Under the pieces are notes generated by a model that had not been told where the DNA came from, ran no database searches, and saw nothing but the letters and a program-made list of their open reading frames with translations. This document shows, piece after piece, positions 18,017 through 29,200 of a stretch of DNA of 64,000 bases. The stretch's first letter is position 1, and the number at the start of each line of letters is the position of its first letter. The translations under genes and the position numbers were made by a program. Source of the DNA: Thermoplasmata archaeon (lineage in GTDB: Archaea; Thermoplasmatota; Thermoplasmata; WALJ01); assembly GCA_027006785.1 (NCBI GenBank), contig JALTFR010000042.1, positions 30,113-94,112 on the forward strand, given 5' to 3'.

Positions 18017-20743
18017 ATGCTGCACCCTTCAGTGAGGGATGCGGCCCGCAAGCTCGGAATACTCGAGGCCACGGAGGCGCAGAGCGCTGCCTTCGGCCCA
18101 ATGCTGTCGGGAAAGAATGTGCTTCTGATAGCGCCGACAGGGATGGGAAAGACCGAGGCTGCCATGCTGCCCGTATTTTCAAGGCTCATGGAGGAAAGGA
18201 GAAGGATCGGAGCGCTCTACATAACACCTTTGCGGGCGCTGAACCGTGACATGCTGAAGAGGCTCACAGAGTTCGGAAAGGAACTGGGGCTTCAGGTGGC
18301 AGTCAGGCACGGAGATACAACGGATAAAGAGCGGAGGATGCATGTTAAGGACCCTCCGGATGTGATGATAACCACGCCTGAGACCCTTCAGATAATGCTC
18401 ATCGGCTCGAAGCTGAGGGAGTTGCTGAAGAATGTCAGGTATGTTGTTGTGGATGAGATACACGAACTCGCGGACAGCGAGAGGGGAGCGCAGTTATCGG
18501 TTGTCCTTGAGAGGCTTGTGGAACTCTCCGGAGAATTCCAGAGGATAGGGCTGTCCGCAACGGTGGGTGATCCCGAGGAGATCGCAGCGTTCCTTTCCGG
18601 AAAGGGGAGGAGCGCTCTGATAGTGGATGTCTCGAGGGCAAGGGAGATGAGGATAGATGTGGAGATGCCGGAGCCTGAAGGAGAGGATGAGAAGGTCGCG
18701 GCCCTTCTCTCATCGGAAAAGGAATGGGTGGCATGCCTCAGGCGAGGGAGGGAACTGGTGGAGGAGAGCAAGGCATCGCTTCTCTTCGTGAATACCCGTG
18801 AGACAGGGGAAAAACTGGCCCTCCAGTACTCCATGCTGGGCTATGAGGACATGGAACTGCACCACGGCTCGCTAGCAAGGGATGTGAGAATAGAGGTGGA
18901 GAACAGGTTCAAGGCAGGGGAATTGAAGGCGCTCATCTGCACCTCATCGCTGGAACTCGGCATAGATGTGGGAAGGGTGGACAGGGTGGTGCAGTTCAAC
19001 TCTCCGCGCTCCGTCTCCCGCATGGTCCAGAGGGTCGGAAGGTCAGGGCACAGCATGGGAAAGGTGCCCATGGGAACGGTCATAGCCGTGAATGAGGACG
19101 AGTTCGCGGAAGGAGCGGTGATAGCCAGGAAGGCCATGCTGGGCGATGTGGAAAGAAAGAGGGTGAGGAAAAACAGCCTGAGCGTGCTGGCCAATCAGAT
19201 AACATCCATCGTTGTGGAGCGCAGGGAGATAGAGGCAGGGGAGATATACCAGATAGTGAGGCGAGCATATCCGTTCATTGAACTTGAAAGGGATGAGTTC
19301 GACGGCGTTGTTGAACAGCTCGTTGATATAAGGCAGATATGGAGGGACGGCGAGAGGCTGAGCAGGGGAAGGAACTCAAGAAAATATTTCTACGACAACA
19401 TCTCCATGATATCTGATGAGAGGTCGTACTGGGTCACGGACATAAACACGAGAAAGAGGGTGGCAAAACTGGACGAGAGGTTCGTTGCCGCCAACATAGA
19501 GCCCTTCTCGGTCTTCATCGTTCGCGGAAAGGCGTGGAGGGTTGTGGATATGGACGAGAACGGGATACTGGCCGAACCCGTGGGAGACCTGGGGAGCATA
19601 CCGTCATGGAGTGGAGAGGACCTTCCTGTGTCCTTCGAGGTGGCCATGGAAGTGGGAAGGCTGAGAAGGGAAAGGGAGTTTTCGAATTATCCTGTTAAAG
19701 AGGGTGACGGGGGGAGATATGTTCGATGGCTGGAGAGCGCTGAGAAGGAAGGGGGCATGGTGGCGACTGACAGGAGGATTGTGATTGAAGAAGGGGATTC
19801 CATAGTGATGAACGCCACCTTCGGCACCAATGTGAATTTGACGCTCTCCCATATCCTCGCTTCCCTTCTATCCGCAAGGTATGGAGCCAGCACAAACACC
19901 GCCGTTGACCCGTACCGGATAATGATACACGCATCCTTCTCGCTGAACGGGGAGATGATAGAGGAGACACTGAAGAACATAAGCCCTGCAACTCTTGAGG
20001 GCCTTCTGAGGGTCGTTCTGAAATCCTCAGACCCGTTCAAATGGAGGTTTCTCTATGCTGCGAAGAAGTTCGGCATAATCGAGAAAGGGGCTGACATGAG
20101 GAGCGTGAGGATGGACAGACTCATAGAGGTGTATCGTGGAACCCCGGTCTTCGAGGAGGCCATGAGGATGACCCTTGAAAAGGACATGGATGTTGAGAAC
20201 ACGGTGAATGTACTTGAGATGATACGCTCCGTGGAAATTGAAGTAGTGCGCTCCCGATTGACCGAAATAGGAAGGATGGGTCTTCGCCAGAAAGGGGGGC
20301 CTGTGCTGCCGTCGAGGCCGAGCAGGGAGATACTCGCCGCTGTGAAGAAGAGGATAGAGGGCACCGAGATAAGGCTGGTGTGCCTGAACTGCGGTAGCAT
20401 GTGGAGGGCCACGGTATCAGAGGTGGGGGATGATGTGAGGTGTCGGAGATGCGGTGCAAGGATGGTGGCCATGATAAGGCCGTATCAGAAGGAGTTTCGA
20501 GACCTCATTGAGAAAAAGGAACTGGAGCCCGAAGAACTGAAGAGGATGAAGTGGCTGGTGAAGAGCGCTGACCTCATAATGTACCACGGGCACAGGGGCG
20601 CGATGGTCCTTGCGGGAAGGGGTATAGGGCCTGACAGCGCAAATCGCATACTGTCACACTACCACCGTGACGAATGGGACCTTCTCAGAGAGATACTTCA
20701 GGCGGAGATAAACTACGCGAAGAACAGAAGGTTCTGGGATTAA
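18017..20743 (+). CDS. lhr: Lhr-type large DEAD/DEAH-box helicase with C-terminal Zn-ribbon
   Basis: 'MLHPSVRDAARKLGILEATEAQ' Lhr-like N-terminus; Walker A 'APTGMGKTEAAMLPV'; 'VVVDEIHELAD'; C-terminal 'CLNCGSMW...CRRCGARM'. Confidence 0.75.
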   Translation: MLHPSVRDAARKLGILEATEAQSAAFGPMLSGKNVLLIAPTGMGKTEAAMLPVFSRLMEERRRIGALYITPLRALNRDMLKRLTEFGKELGLQVAVRHGDTTDKERRMHVKDPPDVMITTPETLQIMLIGSKLRELLKNVRYVVVDEIHELADSERGAQLSVVLERLVELSGEFQRIGLSATVGDPEEIAAFLSGKGRSALIVDVSRAREMRIDVEMPEPEGEDEKVAALLSSEKEWVACLRRGRELVEESKASLLFVNTRETGEKLALQYSMLGYEDMELHHGSLARDVRIEVENRFKAGELKALICTSSLELGIDVGRVDRVVQFNSPRSVSRMVQRVGRSGHSMGKVPMGTVIAVNEDEFAEGAVIARKAMLGDVERKRVRKNSLSVLANQITSIVVERREIEAGEIYQIVRRAYPFIELERDEFDGVVEQLVDIRQIWRDGERLSRGRNSRKYFYDNISMISDERSYWVTDINTRKRVAKLDERFVAANIEPFSVFIVRGKAWRVVDMDENGILAEPVGDLGSIPSWSGEDLPVSFEVAMEVGRLRREREFSNYPVKEGDGGRYVRWLESAEKEGGMVATDRRIVIEEGDSIVMNATFGTNVNLTLSHILASLLSARYGASTNTAVDPYRIMIHASFSLNGEMIEETLKNISPATLEGLLRVVLKSSDPFKWRFLYAAKKFGIIEKGADMRSVRMDRLIEVYRGTPVFEEAMRMTLEKDMDVENTVNVLEMIRSVEIEVVRSRLTEIGRMGLRQKGGPVLPSRPSREILAAVKKRIEGTEIRLVCLNCGSMWRATVSEVGDDVRCRRCGARMVAMIRPYQKEFRDLIEKKELEPEELKRMKWLVKSADLIMYHGHRGAMVLAGRGIGPDSANRILSHYHRDEWDLLREILQAEINYAKNRRFWD

Positions 20744-20771
20744 TCTTTTATGAAGCGCACGATTCACGGGC

Positions 20772-21206
20772 ATGCAGTGGTGGATCTACGCCATAGGAAC
20801 GATGGTGCTCTTCGCGCTCACCAACTTCCTGGTGAAGGTGGCTGGAGAAGGAGGTATGGACAGCGTGTTCGCGGCGAACCTGATATGGCTCTCCGCAGGC
20901 GCTGTCGGCGTGGTGTTCATGATATACGGGCTTTACACCGGAAGCTTTCAGAGGGGCTTATCCGAAACGAACAGTAAGATGCTCCTTCTCCCGATAATCG
21001 CTGGAGTGTCCCTTGCCTTCGGGATGTACCTCATAAAGAAGGCCGTGACAGCCGGAGATGCCGGGCCCAGCGTTGCAATAGCCAATTCAAACGCGATAAT
21101 CGTCGCTCTCCTTGCCTGGATATTCCTGAACGAGGAACTGAGCATGAGCGAGATAGGGGGCATGGCCATGATAATCGGCGGAATAGTGGTCATGAGCGTG
21201 CTCTGA
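20772..21206 (+). CDS. EamA/DMT-superfamily small membrane transporter (half-size, 4-5 TM)
   Basis: Hydrophobic profile and 'LFALTNFLVKVAGEG' EamA-like start. Confidence 0.45.
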   Translation: MQWWIYAIGTMVLFALTNFLVKVAGEGGMDSVFAANLIWLSAGAVGVVFMIYGLYTGSFQRGLSETNSKMLLLPIIAGVSLAFGMYLIKKAVTAGDAGPSVAIANSNAIIVALLAWIFLNEELSMSEIGGMAMIIGGIVVMSVL

Positions 21207-21223
21207 CAAAGTTAATAATGTGA

Positions 21224-21466
21224 ATGCCATGCAGGGCCGTGAAGAGATACACGAAGCGCGTGAAAAAATGCCCGATGTGCGGGAGCACCGACCTTTACCT
21301 GGAGGCAGGAGGGGTCACGGGATACATATACCACTGCAACAACTGCGAGTACATAGGTGCCTTCGTTGTGGAGGAGGACATAGAATGGACGGAGGAAGAC
21401 GATGAAGAAAGCACTGGAGATACTGAGAAAAAAGAGAAAGCTCATAATGATGCATCAGAGCGCTGA
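21224..21466 (+). CDS. Small C4 zinc-ribbon protein with acidic tail
   Basis: 'CPMC...CNNC'; tail overlaps the DHH gene start. Confidence 0.35.
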   Translation: MPCRAVKRYTKRVKKCPMCGSTDLYLEAGGVTGYIYHCNNCEYIGAFVVEEDIEWTEEDDEESTGDTEKKEKAHNDASER

Positions 21467-22331
21467 CCCGGACGCCCTCGGTTCCGCCTATGCCATATCA
21501 AAGGTCTTCGGAGGAGATATAGATTTGAGCGGAGGGCTGAACAGACCTGCGAAAAGGATGCTTCCGATGCTCAAGGCAGAGGGAAAACTGATGCCCGATT
21601 ACTCCTCCTATGATGCGATAATCTCTGTTGATGCCGCTTCTCCCACGCAGCTTCCGGCGAAGGTGCATGTGGACCTCGTGATAGACCACCATATGAAAGG
21701 AGAGGACTGGGATGCGGATGTGCTTCTCATAGATGAGGATGCCTTCGCATGCACGCAGGTCGTCCTTGACCTGATAAGAGAGGCGGATGAGGAAATAGAT
21801 GAGGATGTGGCCTTCGCTCTCCTCGCCGGCATGTACTCAGACACAAAGAGGCTGAAGATAGGCGATGTGAGGCTCTTCGAGGACTTCACCGATATGCTCG
21901 AAATATCCGGCGCCGATATGGAGGACCTCGCGTCCATACTCGAGGATAGGGACATGTCCATAAGGATCTCCATAATGAAGGGCATGCAGAGGCTGAAGTT
22001 CGATACCTTTCGGGGCTTCATGATATGCACCACACATGTGAGATCATTTGAGAGCATGGTGGCCAACGCGCTGGTTGATGCCGGCGCTGACATAGCCTTT
22101 GTCGCTGCTCCCAGGAACGACGAGATAAGGGTGAGCGCCAGGGCATCGGACAGGGTTCTCAGGGAAGGCCTGCACCTCGGGGCCCTATTCAAAGAACTGG
22201 GAGCGGAGATAGACGGAGAAGGGGGAGGACACGACGGCGCTGCCGGATTCTCAACCTCGGGAGATATAGAGGCGGTGCTGAAGATGTGTATGACAAAGGC
22301 CATTGACACACTTAGGGCTCAAAAGCCTTAA
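21402..22331 (+). CDS. DHH/DHHA1 phosphoesterase (NrnA-like oligoribonuclease / archaeal RecJ-like)
   Basis: 'MMHQSADPDALGSAYA'; 'DLVIDHHM'; DHHA1 'GGGHDGAAGF'. Confidence 0.7.
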   Translation: MKKALEILRKKRKLIMMHQSADPDALGSAYAISKVFGGDIDLSGGLNRPAKRMLPMLKAEGKLMPDYSSYDAIISVDAASPTQLPAKVHVDLVIDHHMKGEDWDADVLLIDEDAFACTQVVLDLIREADEEIDEDVAFALLAGMYSDTKRLKIGDVRLFEDFTDMLEISGADMEDLASILEDRDMSIRISIMKGMQRLKFDTFRGFMICTTHVRSFESMVANALVDAGADIAFVAAPRNDEIRVSARASDRVLREGLHLGALFKELGAEIDGEGGGHDGAAGFSTSGDIEAVLKMCMTKAIDTLRAQKP

Positions 22332-22354
22332 TAACCCGTTGGAGATGAGGAACT

Positions 22355-23233
22355 GTGAAACCGGATGTCCAGAGCGAGAGAATAGAGGGGGGCTTCAGGC
22401 TCACCCGCGTAGGCGTAACAGGAGTGCGAAAGCCCATCAATGTGGAGCGCAACGGGAGAAAGCTGACGCTGACAGCCACATTTGACCTCTTCGTTGACCT
22501 TCCCTCGGAGCAGAGGGGTTCCCATATGTCCAGAAATCTGGAGGTGGTGGGAGAAATAGTGGATGAGAGCCTTGAAAGGCCGGTGAGCGCAATAGAGGAC
22601 CTTGCCGCCCAGATAACCGAGAAACTTCTCGTACGGCATGAGTATGCCAGCCGTGCGGAGGCTGTGATAAGGGCGGATTACTTCATGGAAAAGGAGACTC
22701 CGGGTGGAAGAAGGACCATAGAGGCCTATCGCATAGAGGGGCATGCCATCAACAGAAAAGGCGAAATTAAAAGATTCATAGGGGTTGAGGTTGTGGGGAT
22801 GAGCGCCTGTCCGTGCGCAATGGAAACGCTTAGGGCCATGCTGAAAGAGAAATACCCCGAGTTCAGCGAATGCATTGAAAAGATACCGATAATCACTCAC
22901 AATCAGAGAAACATAGTCACGATAAAGGTGCAGATACCCGATGGGATGAGCGTTGAAGCAGATGATTTAATAGATGTGGCAGAGCGCTCCCTGTCATCGC
23001 CTACCTTTGAGGTGCTGAAAAGGGATGATGAGGGAAGGGTTGTCTATGAGGCCCATGTGAACCCGAAGTTCGTTGAGGATGTGGTGAGGGATGCGCTCCA
23101 CAACCTTCTCCTGAAATACCCGGATATGCCAGATGCAACAGAGGTCACCGTGAAGAGCGAGAGCGAGGAGTCCATACACAAGCACAACGCATTTGCCGAG
23201 AGGACGACGACATTCGGGGAATTGAGAAAATAG
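22355..23233 (+). CDS. mptA: GTP cyclohydrolase MptA (FolE2/GTP cyclohydrolase IV family)
   Basis: 'KPDVQSE...FRLTRVGVTGVRKP...EQRGSHMSRN'; GTG start after SD ggagatgagg. Confidence 0.7.
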   Translation: MKPDVQSERIEGGFRLTRVGVTGVRKPINVERNGRKLTLTATFDLFVDLPSEQRGSHMSRNLEVVGEIVDESLERPVSAIEDLAAQITEKLLVRHEYASRAEAVIRADYFMEKETPGGRRTIEAYRIEGHAINRKGEIKRFIGVEVVGMSACPCAMETLRAMLKEKYPEFSECIEKIPIITHNQRNIVTIKVQIPDGMSVEADDLIDVAERSLSSPTFEVLKRDDEGRVVYEAHVNPKFVEDVVRDALHNLLLKYPDMPDATEVTVKSESEESIHKHNAFAERTTTFGELRK

Positions 23234-23268
23234 ATTATTAAAAACAAAAATGAAATAAAAGGGTTTTC

Positions 23269-26200
23269 TCAGAAAGACGAAACGCCCGATTCATCCTCCT
23301 GCTCTCTCTGAGGTGGGTTTTCCCCGGAGCTCTGTGGCGGTGCTTCTTGAACAGGTGGCTGGCTCTGCATTGGCATCACGGGATTCGTTTCCGGAGGTCT
23401 CTTTCTCTTTGCAATAAGTACTGCTGCGATGATGCCCACTATGACCAGTATCAGCAGAATGTACAGCCATGGCATACCGGATGAAGACTTCTTGCTGGCG
23501 GGAAGTTCCACTGCAGGAATATTTTTATGCTCTCCGGGAGAGACGCTTGTCTCAATCGTTTTCTTCTCATATCCATCCTTTGATACGGCCAGTGTGTGGT
23601 TCCCCGCATGAACCTCTATCTCGAAATGGCCGCTGGCATCCGTTATCGCTGTTTCTCCGGTATCAAGTCTTACCGTTGCCCCCTCTATCGGGTTCCCATT
23701 CTCATCCGTGACGGTTCCGGTTATGGTGGCCATATCTTCTGGAGCATTGTGTGCAGTCGTGAAATTCCATGTGTAATCCAGCCTATTGCCTGCCAGATCG
23801 GAGCCTGTTACATGAACCACATATTTCCTGCCGTGCTCCAGTTCAGAAGAGGGTGTGAATGTAAGGGTCCTTCCGCTCCAGCTAATATTTCCAGATAGGC
23901 CATCGCCAATTACCTTCACTGTGCTGACATTCATGTCCTCGGAGAATCTCACTGTTATCGTCGTATCAACGGACACATTGTTTCCTGTGGGAGATGCACT
24001 TGTAACTGAGGGTGGTGTGGTATCGGTTTCAAATCCAGCACTGGCGGTTTTTTCGTTCCCTGCACGATCTACCGCCTTAACTTCCACAGTATGGCGCCCA
24101 TCAGATATTCCAGTGAAGTCATAAGAGGTGTTCTTTCCGACGCCTATCCATGAACCCCTGTCCATTCTCACTTCGTAGTGGTCTATCTTTGAGGTGTTGT
24201 CCGAAGCATGCCACCGAACGGTCATGGAATCCGTGTTGAAAAGTCCTCCGTCTTCCGGAGAGTCTATGCTCAGATCAGGGACTATTGTATCGTATCCGGC
24301 TATGGCTTCGGCACTGTTCTTCTCCTCGCTCTTTCCCGAAGCGTCCGATGCCTTAGTGTAGAACTGATAATATCCATCACCATCGCTGAAGATGAAGTCC
24401 CTGCTTCCAGTCCATGATGTGCCCGATATGGATATGGTCACATACTTGATCCATGCGGACCATGTTGAGTTATCCTCGCTGAAGCGATAGTATATCGTTA
24501 TATTTGACAACTCTTTGTCATCGCTAGCAGTTAGTTCGAGAGTGACCTTGGATGTGTGCCAGTAGGGGGTGACCGGAGATGTGCTGGATGTGGGTGCCTG
24601 TGAATCCAAGGTTTCGGTGGTGAAGCTCCATGAATAATCATCCTTCGGAGAGCCTTCCGACGTGCCGTTTTTGTTGCCGTCCAGACTGTTGCCATTTGTA
24701 TCATTGGCTATGCTACCGTCCACTTTGACGGTGTATGTGGTCCCTCCCTCCAGATCTGAAGACGAAGTGAATGTCATGGTTCTTTTCGCTGCATCCCATG
24801 AGAAATCCCCTGTTATCGCCGGGTTTATAGAAAAGGCCTTTTCCACACTGCTGGTGTTCATGCTCTCATTGAATGTTATTGTTATAGCGGAACTGACAGA
24901 TATATCTGTACCTGTTGGAGAAACAGATACGACTGTTGGCGGTGTGGTGTCCGTTGATTCTGTGGTAAAATCGAAAGAGTAAGGAGCTCCTGAAAGTGTG
25001 TTTCCAGCAGTGTCATTTGCAGATGTTATGTTCATCCAGTATCTCGTTGCAAGAGCAAAACTTGCATGTGAGAGTGTTGCCTGTGTTTTATCGGAATTCC
25101 ATGAGACACTCCATCCGCCGGGGTCCGGTTCGCAGGTGAAATTGAATGTGCTGGCATCTATGGATTCTGAGAAGGATATCACCACATCCTGAGTGATGGA
25201 AACGCCTGTTGCTCCATCCGATGGGTTGGTCGAGCTCACTGTGGGCTGTGTGCCGTCATAGGTATAGGATGAGGCTTCCGGCGCATCGCCCGATGAAGGT
25301 GCGGACTCTCCATCACCCACGGCCATCCACCCATATGTTCCATCAGAGGGTATGGTCCAGTCGTATTGGCCATCTATGCTGGAATCGCTTCCGATGTGCG
25401 TCCATGTGTTGCCATTGTCCGTGGTGTAGTAGAGATCAACGGATGAAACGCCTACCTCATAGGTGTATTCTATGGTTATGTGTGCCACATTGGAAGGGTC
25501 GCTATTGGTTGGGCCGGTGGCCGTTGCCGTGTGTGAGGATGCAGAGACTGTATCAAAGCTCCATGTATGGTCCGCCTGAGTGTTTCCTGCCACATCCTCA
25601 GCTCCACTTACCGTGAGTTCTATGGTGTCGCTGTTATCCCAGTCGTTATGGGTCCATGTTGCGGTGTCGTTATCAACATTTGTTGTAGTCCATCCCGCAA
25701 ATGTGTATGTTACGGATGTTCCCGATGTCTGGGACAGCGTTGGGGTTACGGATGTGTCCATGCTCTCATCGAATATAACAACAATATCCTGACCTACGGA
25801 AACCTCTGTTGCTCCATCCGATGGGTTGGTCGAGCTCACTGTGGGCTGTGTGCCGTCATAGGTATAGGATGAGGCTTCCGGCGCATCGCCCGATGAAGGT
25901 GCGGACTCTCCATCACCCACGGCCATCCACCCATATGTTCCATCAGAGGGTATGGTCCAGTCGTATTGGCCATCTATGCTGGAATCGCTTCCGATGTGCG
26001 TCCATGTGTTGCCGTTGTCCGTGGTATAGTAGAGGTCCACGGATGTTGCTCCCGTGTCATTATCGTATGTTATCGTTATGTCCGCAACATTGGAAGGGTC
26101 GCTGTTGGTTGGGCCTGTGGCCGTTGCCGTTGGGCCTGAAGCGATTGTGAAATTCCACGAATAAGGTGAGCCCGACAGTCCGTCCATATCCGTATAGTTT

Positions 26201-29200
26201 GACACCTTGAGTTCCACATTGTCGGAATATGACCAATCATTATGGCTCCATGTTGCCGTATCATTGTCTGTATGTGTGCTACTCCACCCTAAGAATGTCC
26301 ATCCACCTGGGTCTGTACCTCCGGTCTGCACAATGTCCGGTGTTACGGTAGTATCCATTTCCTTGCTGAAAATGACCTGCACATCCTGGGATGCAGACAC
26401 ATCCGATGAACCGTCGGAGGGATGCTCTTCTATGACTGAGGGTGGAACTGTCGAGGTGAGCCATTCGATTATCCTGTACATGAGCAGTGTTCTATTTGCG
26501 GCACCGTTGACATCCGCAAAGTCAAAGGCTGTATAAACAACCCTGTAAACACCTGTGTCCGCTCTCGTTGCCACATAGGTGGGGGTCGGTTCGGTAAAGA
26601 ATGTTATGCCTCCATTTACAGGCGTATTATTGGTCCAGTAGCCCCATAGATTCGGGTTTGAATCTCCCTGATGTGCCGTGAAATTCAGGCCGTCACTGAT
26701 CGGGTCTCCCGCAGAGCCATTCAAAACATACGGCGTGTGCCCGCCATAGTAGTTTTGATAACTAGAATGCAGATATGTCCGATACCAGTTGCTCCAGCCA
26801 TTTGTTCCTGCATCCACTCCGGCCAGACTGCTTGAGAAATAGAGCCTTCCTCCATCATCAAGATATGTGCCAAGATTTGCTCTATCGCTCACATCCAGTG
26901 TCGGGACAGAGCCCCATGAAGTACCATAATCATTTCCCGTGAACCAGATGACAACATCGTGCATCTCCAGGGTGTTGAGGTCAGGGCTTCCCCAGTTCTG
27001 GACATCCCAGAAGTTATAGGAGTAGTTATTGTCGTCCAGAGCCGTGTAGTACCAGTTCTCTGTGTCCAATCCGGAATCGTCGTCCACCACAAGGATTGGA
27101 GCGAGAGCCTGAGTTAGAATCTCAGAACTAACATTCGCATCAGTATCGTTCTGCGATATTGCAATTATGTGTGCGATATCATAGTCTCCTAGATTTGCGC
27201 CTGAGGGAATGTCCACCTTTACGGTTATGTTAGCACTTTCCCGGGAGTTCAGGCTTATCTGACTTATCGTATTTGTCCCTGTTGAATCATAGATCGTGGT
27301 CGTCCATGTATTGTTTGATACCGTAAGATTGTAGCTGTCTGGCACATCACCGGAGTTTGTAATACGTAGGGTGTAATTAACGGTGGTAGAAGAATCTCCA
27401 AATCTCGATGCCGATGATGGAGTTAGAACGACGCCATAGGGGTATGTCAGCCAGTGAATTATCCTATACATCAGTTGGTCTCTGACACTCGAATCATTTA
27501 AATATGCAAAGTCAAAACCAGAATAAACTACTCTGTATATTCCAGTATCCATTCTTATTATTCCTGCATCGGAATTTTCAGTGAAATTGAAGGAAACCAC
27601 ACTCCCATTCACCGGTGATAGTTCCATCGTATGTCCTATAAGATTTGTATCATAGTCTCCAACTCCGGTATGGAGAACCATCCCATCTCCTATCGGATCA
27701 TGATTAAGGCCCGTGTAATTGGTTGCATAGGACCAATAGGCATTAACCAGTTCAGCATGAAGATATTCTTCATGCCACGCGCTCCACCCATTAGCCCAGT
27801 AAGCATCTACGGCAGCGGCTCCACTTGAGAAATACAGCCTTCCGCCATTATCCAGATAATCTCCGAGGTTCTGCCTGTCGGTTGCAGTAAGTGTATGGGT
27901 GCCACTATATCCATCGTCGTTCCCGGTGAACCAGATGACAACATCGTGCATCTCCAGGGTGTTGAGGTCAGGGCTTCCCCAGTTCTGGACATCCCAGAAG
28001 TTATAGGAGTAGTTATTGTCGTCCAGAGCCGTGTAGTACCAGTTCTCTGTGTCCAATCCGGAATCGTCGTCCACCACAAGGATTGGAGCGAGAGCCTGAG
28101 TTAGAATCTCAGAACTAACATTCGCATCAGTATCGTTCTGCGATGTTGCAATTATGTGTGCGATATCATAGTCTCCCGGATTTGCACCTGCGGGAAAGTC
28201 CACCCTCACAGTTATATTTGCACTTTCATTAGAATTCAGGCTTATCTGGCTTATGGGGTTTGTGCCTGTCGCATAGATCGTTGTGGGCCATGCGTTGTCT
28301 GAAACAGAGAGGTTGTAAGTGTCGTTGTTGGTTCCGATATTGTGTATGGTAAGATTGTACCATACCGATGTTCCTAAATCTCCCAAAGAGTGTTGATTTT
28401 CTGGAGTGATGGATACCAGATAGGGAAGATATGTGGAGGTCCCTTCAACTGCAAGAATGAGGTTTTCCAGCAGTTTGGAGTATCCGTGTGACCATGCCCA
28501 TTCCACAGTTTGACCGGTGGCTATCACTCGCCCATCTCCCCAGGGATAGTCCAGAAGCACAGGGTATGAACTCCCAGAATCTCCTTCGCTCAACACCGTG
28601 TCTGCCCATAAAGGCCAATCTGTAAAGTATCGGTGATATGAATTGTGCCAATTATCCAACTCTGTGTCTGTGATATTGTTCGGAAGTGTGAGGAACGGAT
28701 GGTCTGGGTAGGATATGTTGACAGTATCTCCTTCATTGTAAGTGGAGGATAGGCCACAAGGTATATCGTTGAAATCCCCCCAGTCATCGGCATGTATGTT
28801 AAGAATGCCACCGTTCTCCACATAGGATTCGAACCATTGTTTGTTATCAGATATTGCGGAATAAAGCGATGAGTCCTGCCCGTCGCCTCCGACAATTATC
28901 ACCTTATCATATGCTGAGAGATTTACTGCGCCAATGTCTCCTGGACCATATACGGTGTAGGGAATCCCCCACTCGCTCAGTATATCTCTTATTGCGGGCA
29001 AATCCCAGGGGTCCTTGGTTTGGAAAAGCGCGACGTGATGGGGGCCGTGCAGATAATAGGTTCTTATCTGTGCGTCATCTTGTACACTAGTGTCATTTTG
29101 CGATGAGGCAACAATTGCAGAGATATCGTGATCCCCCAAGTTGGCATCGGATGGAATGCCAACCTTTACCGTTATATTTGCGCTTTCACCGGAATTCAAG

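Noticed and set aside
21608-22309. 233-aa Ser-rich minus-strand ORF
   Set aside because: Antisense to the DHH phosphoesterase gene; low-complexity
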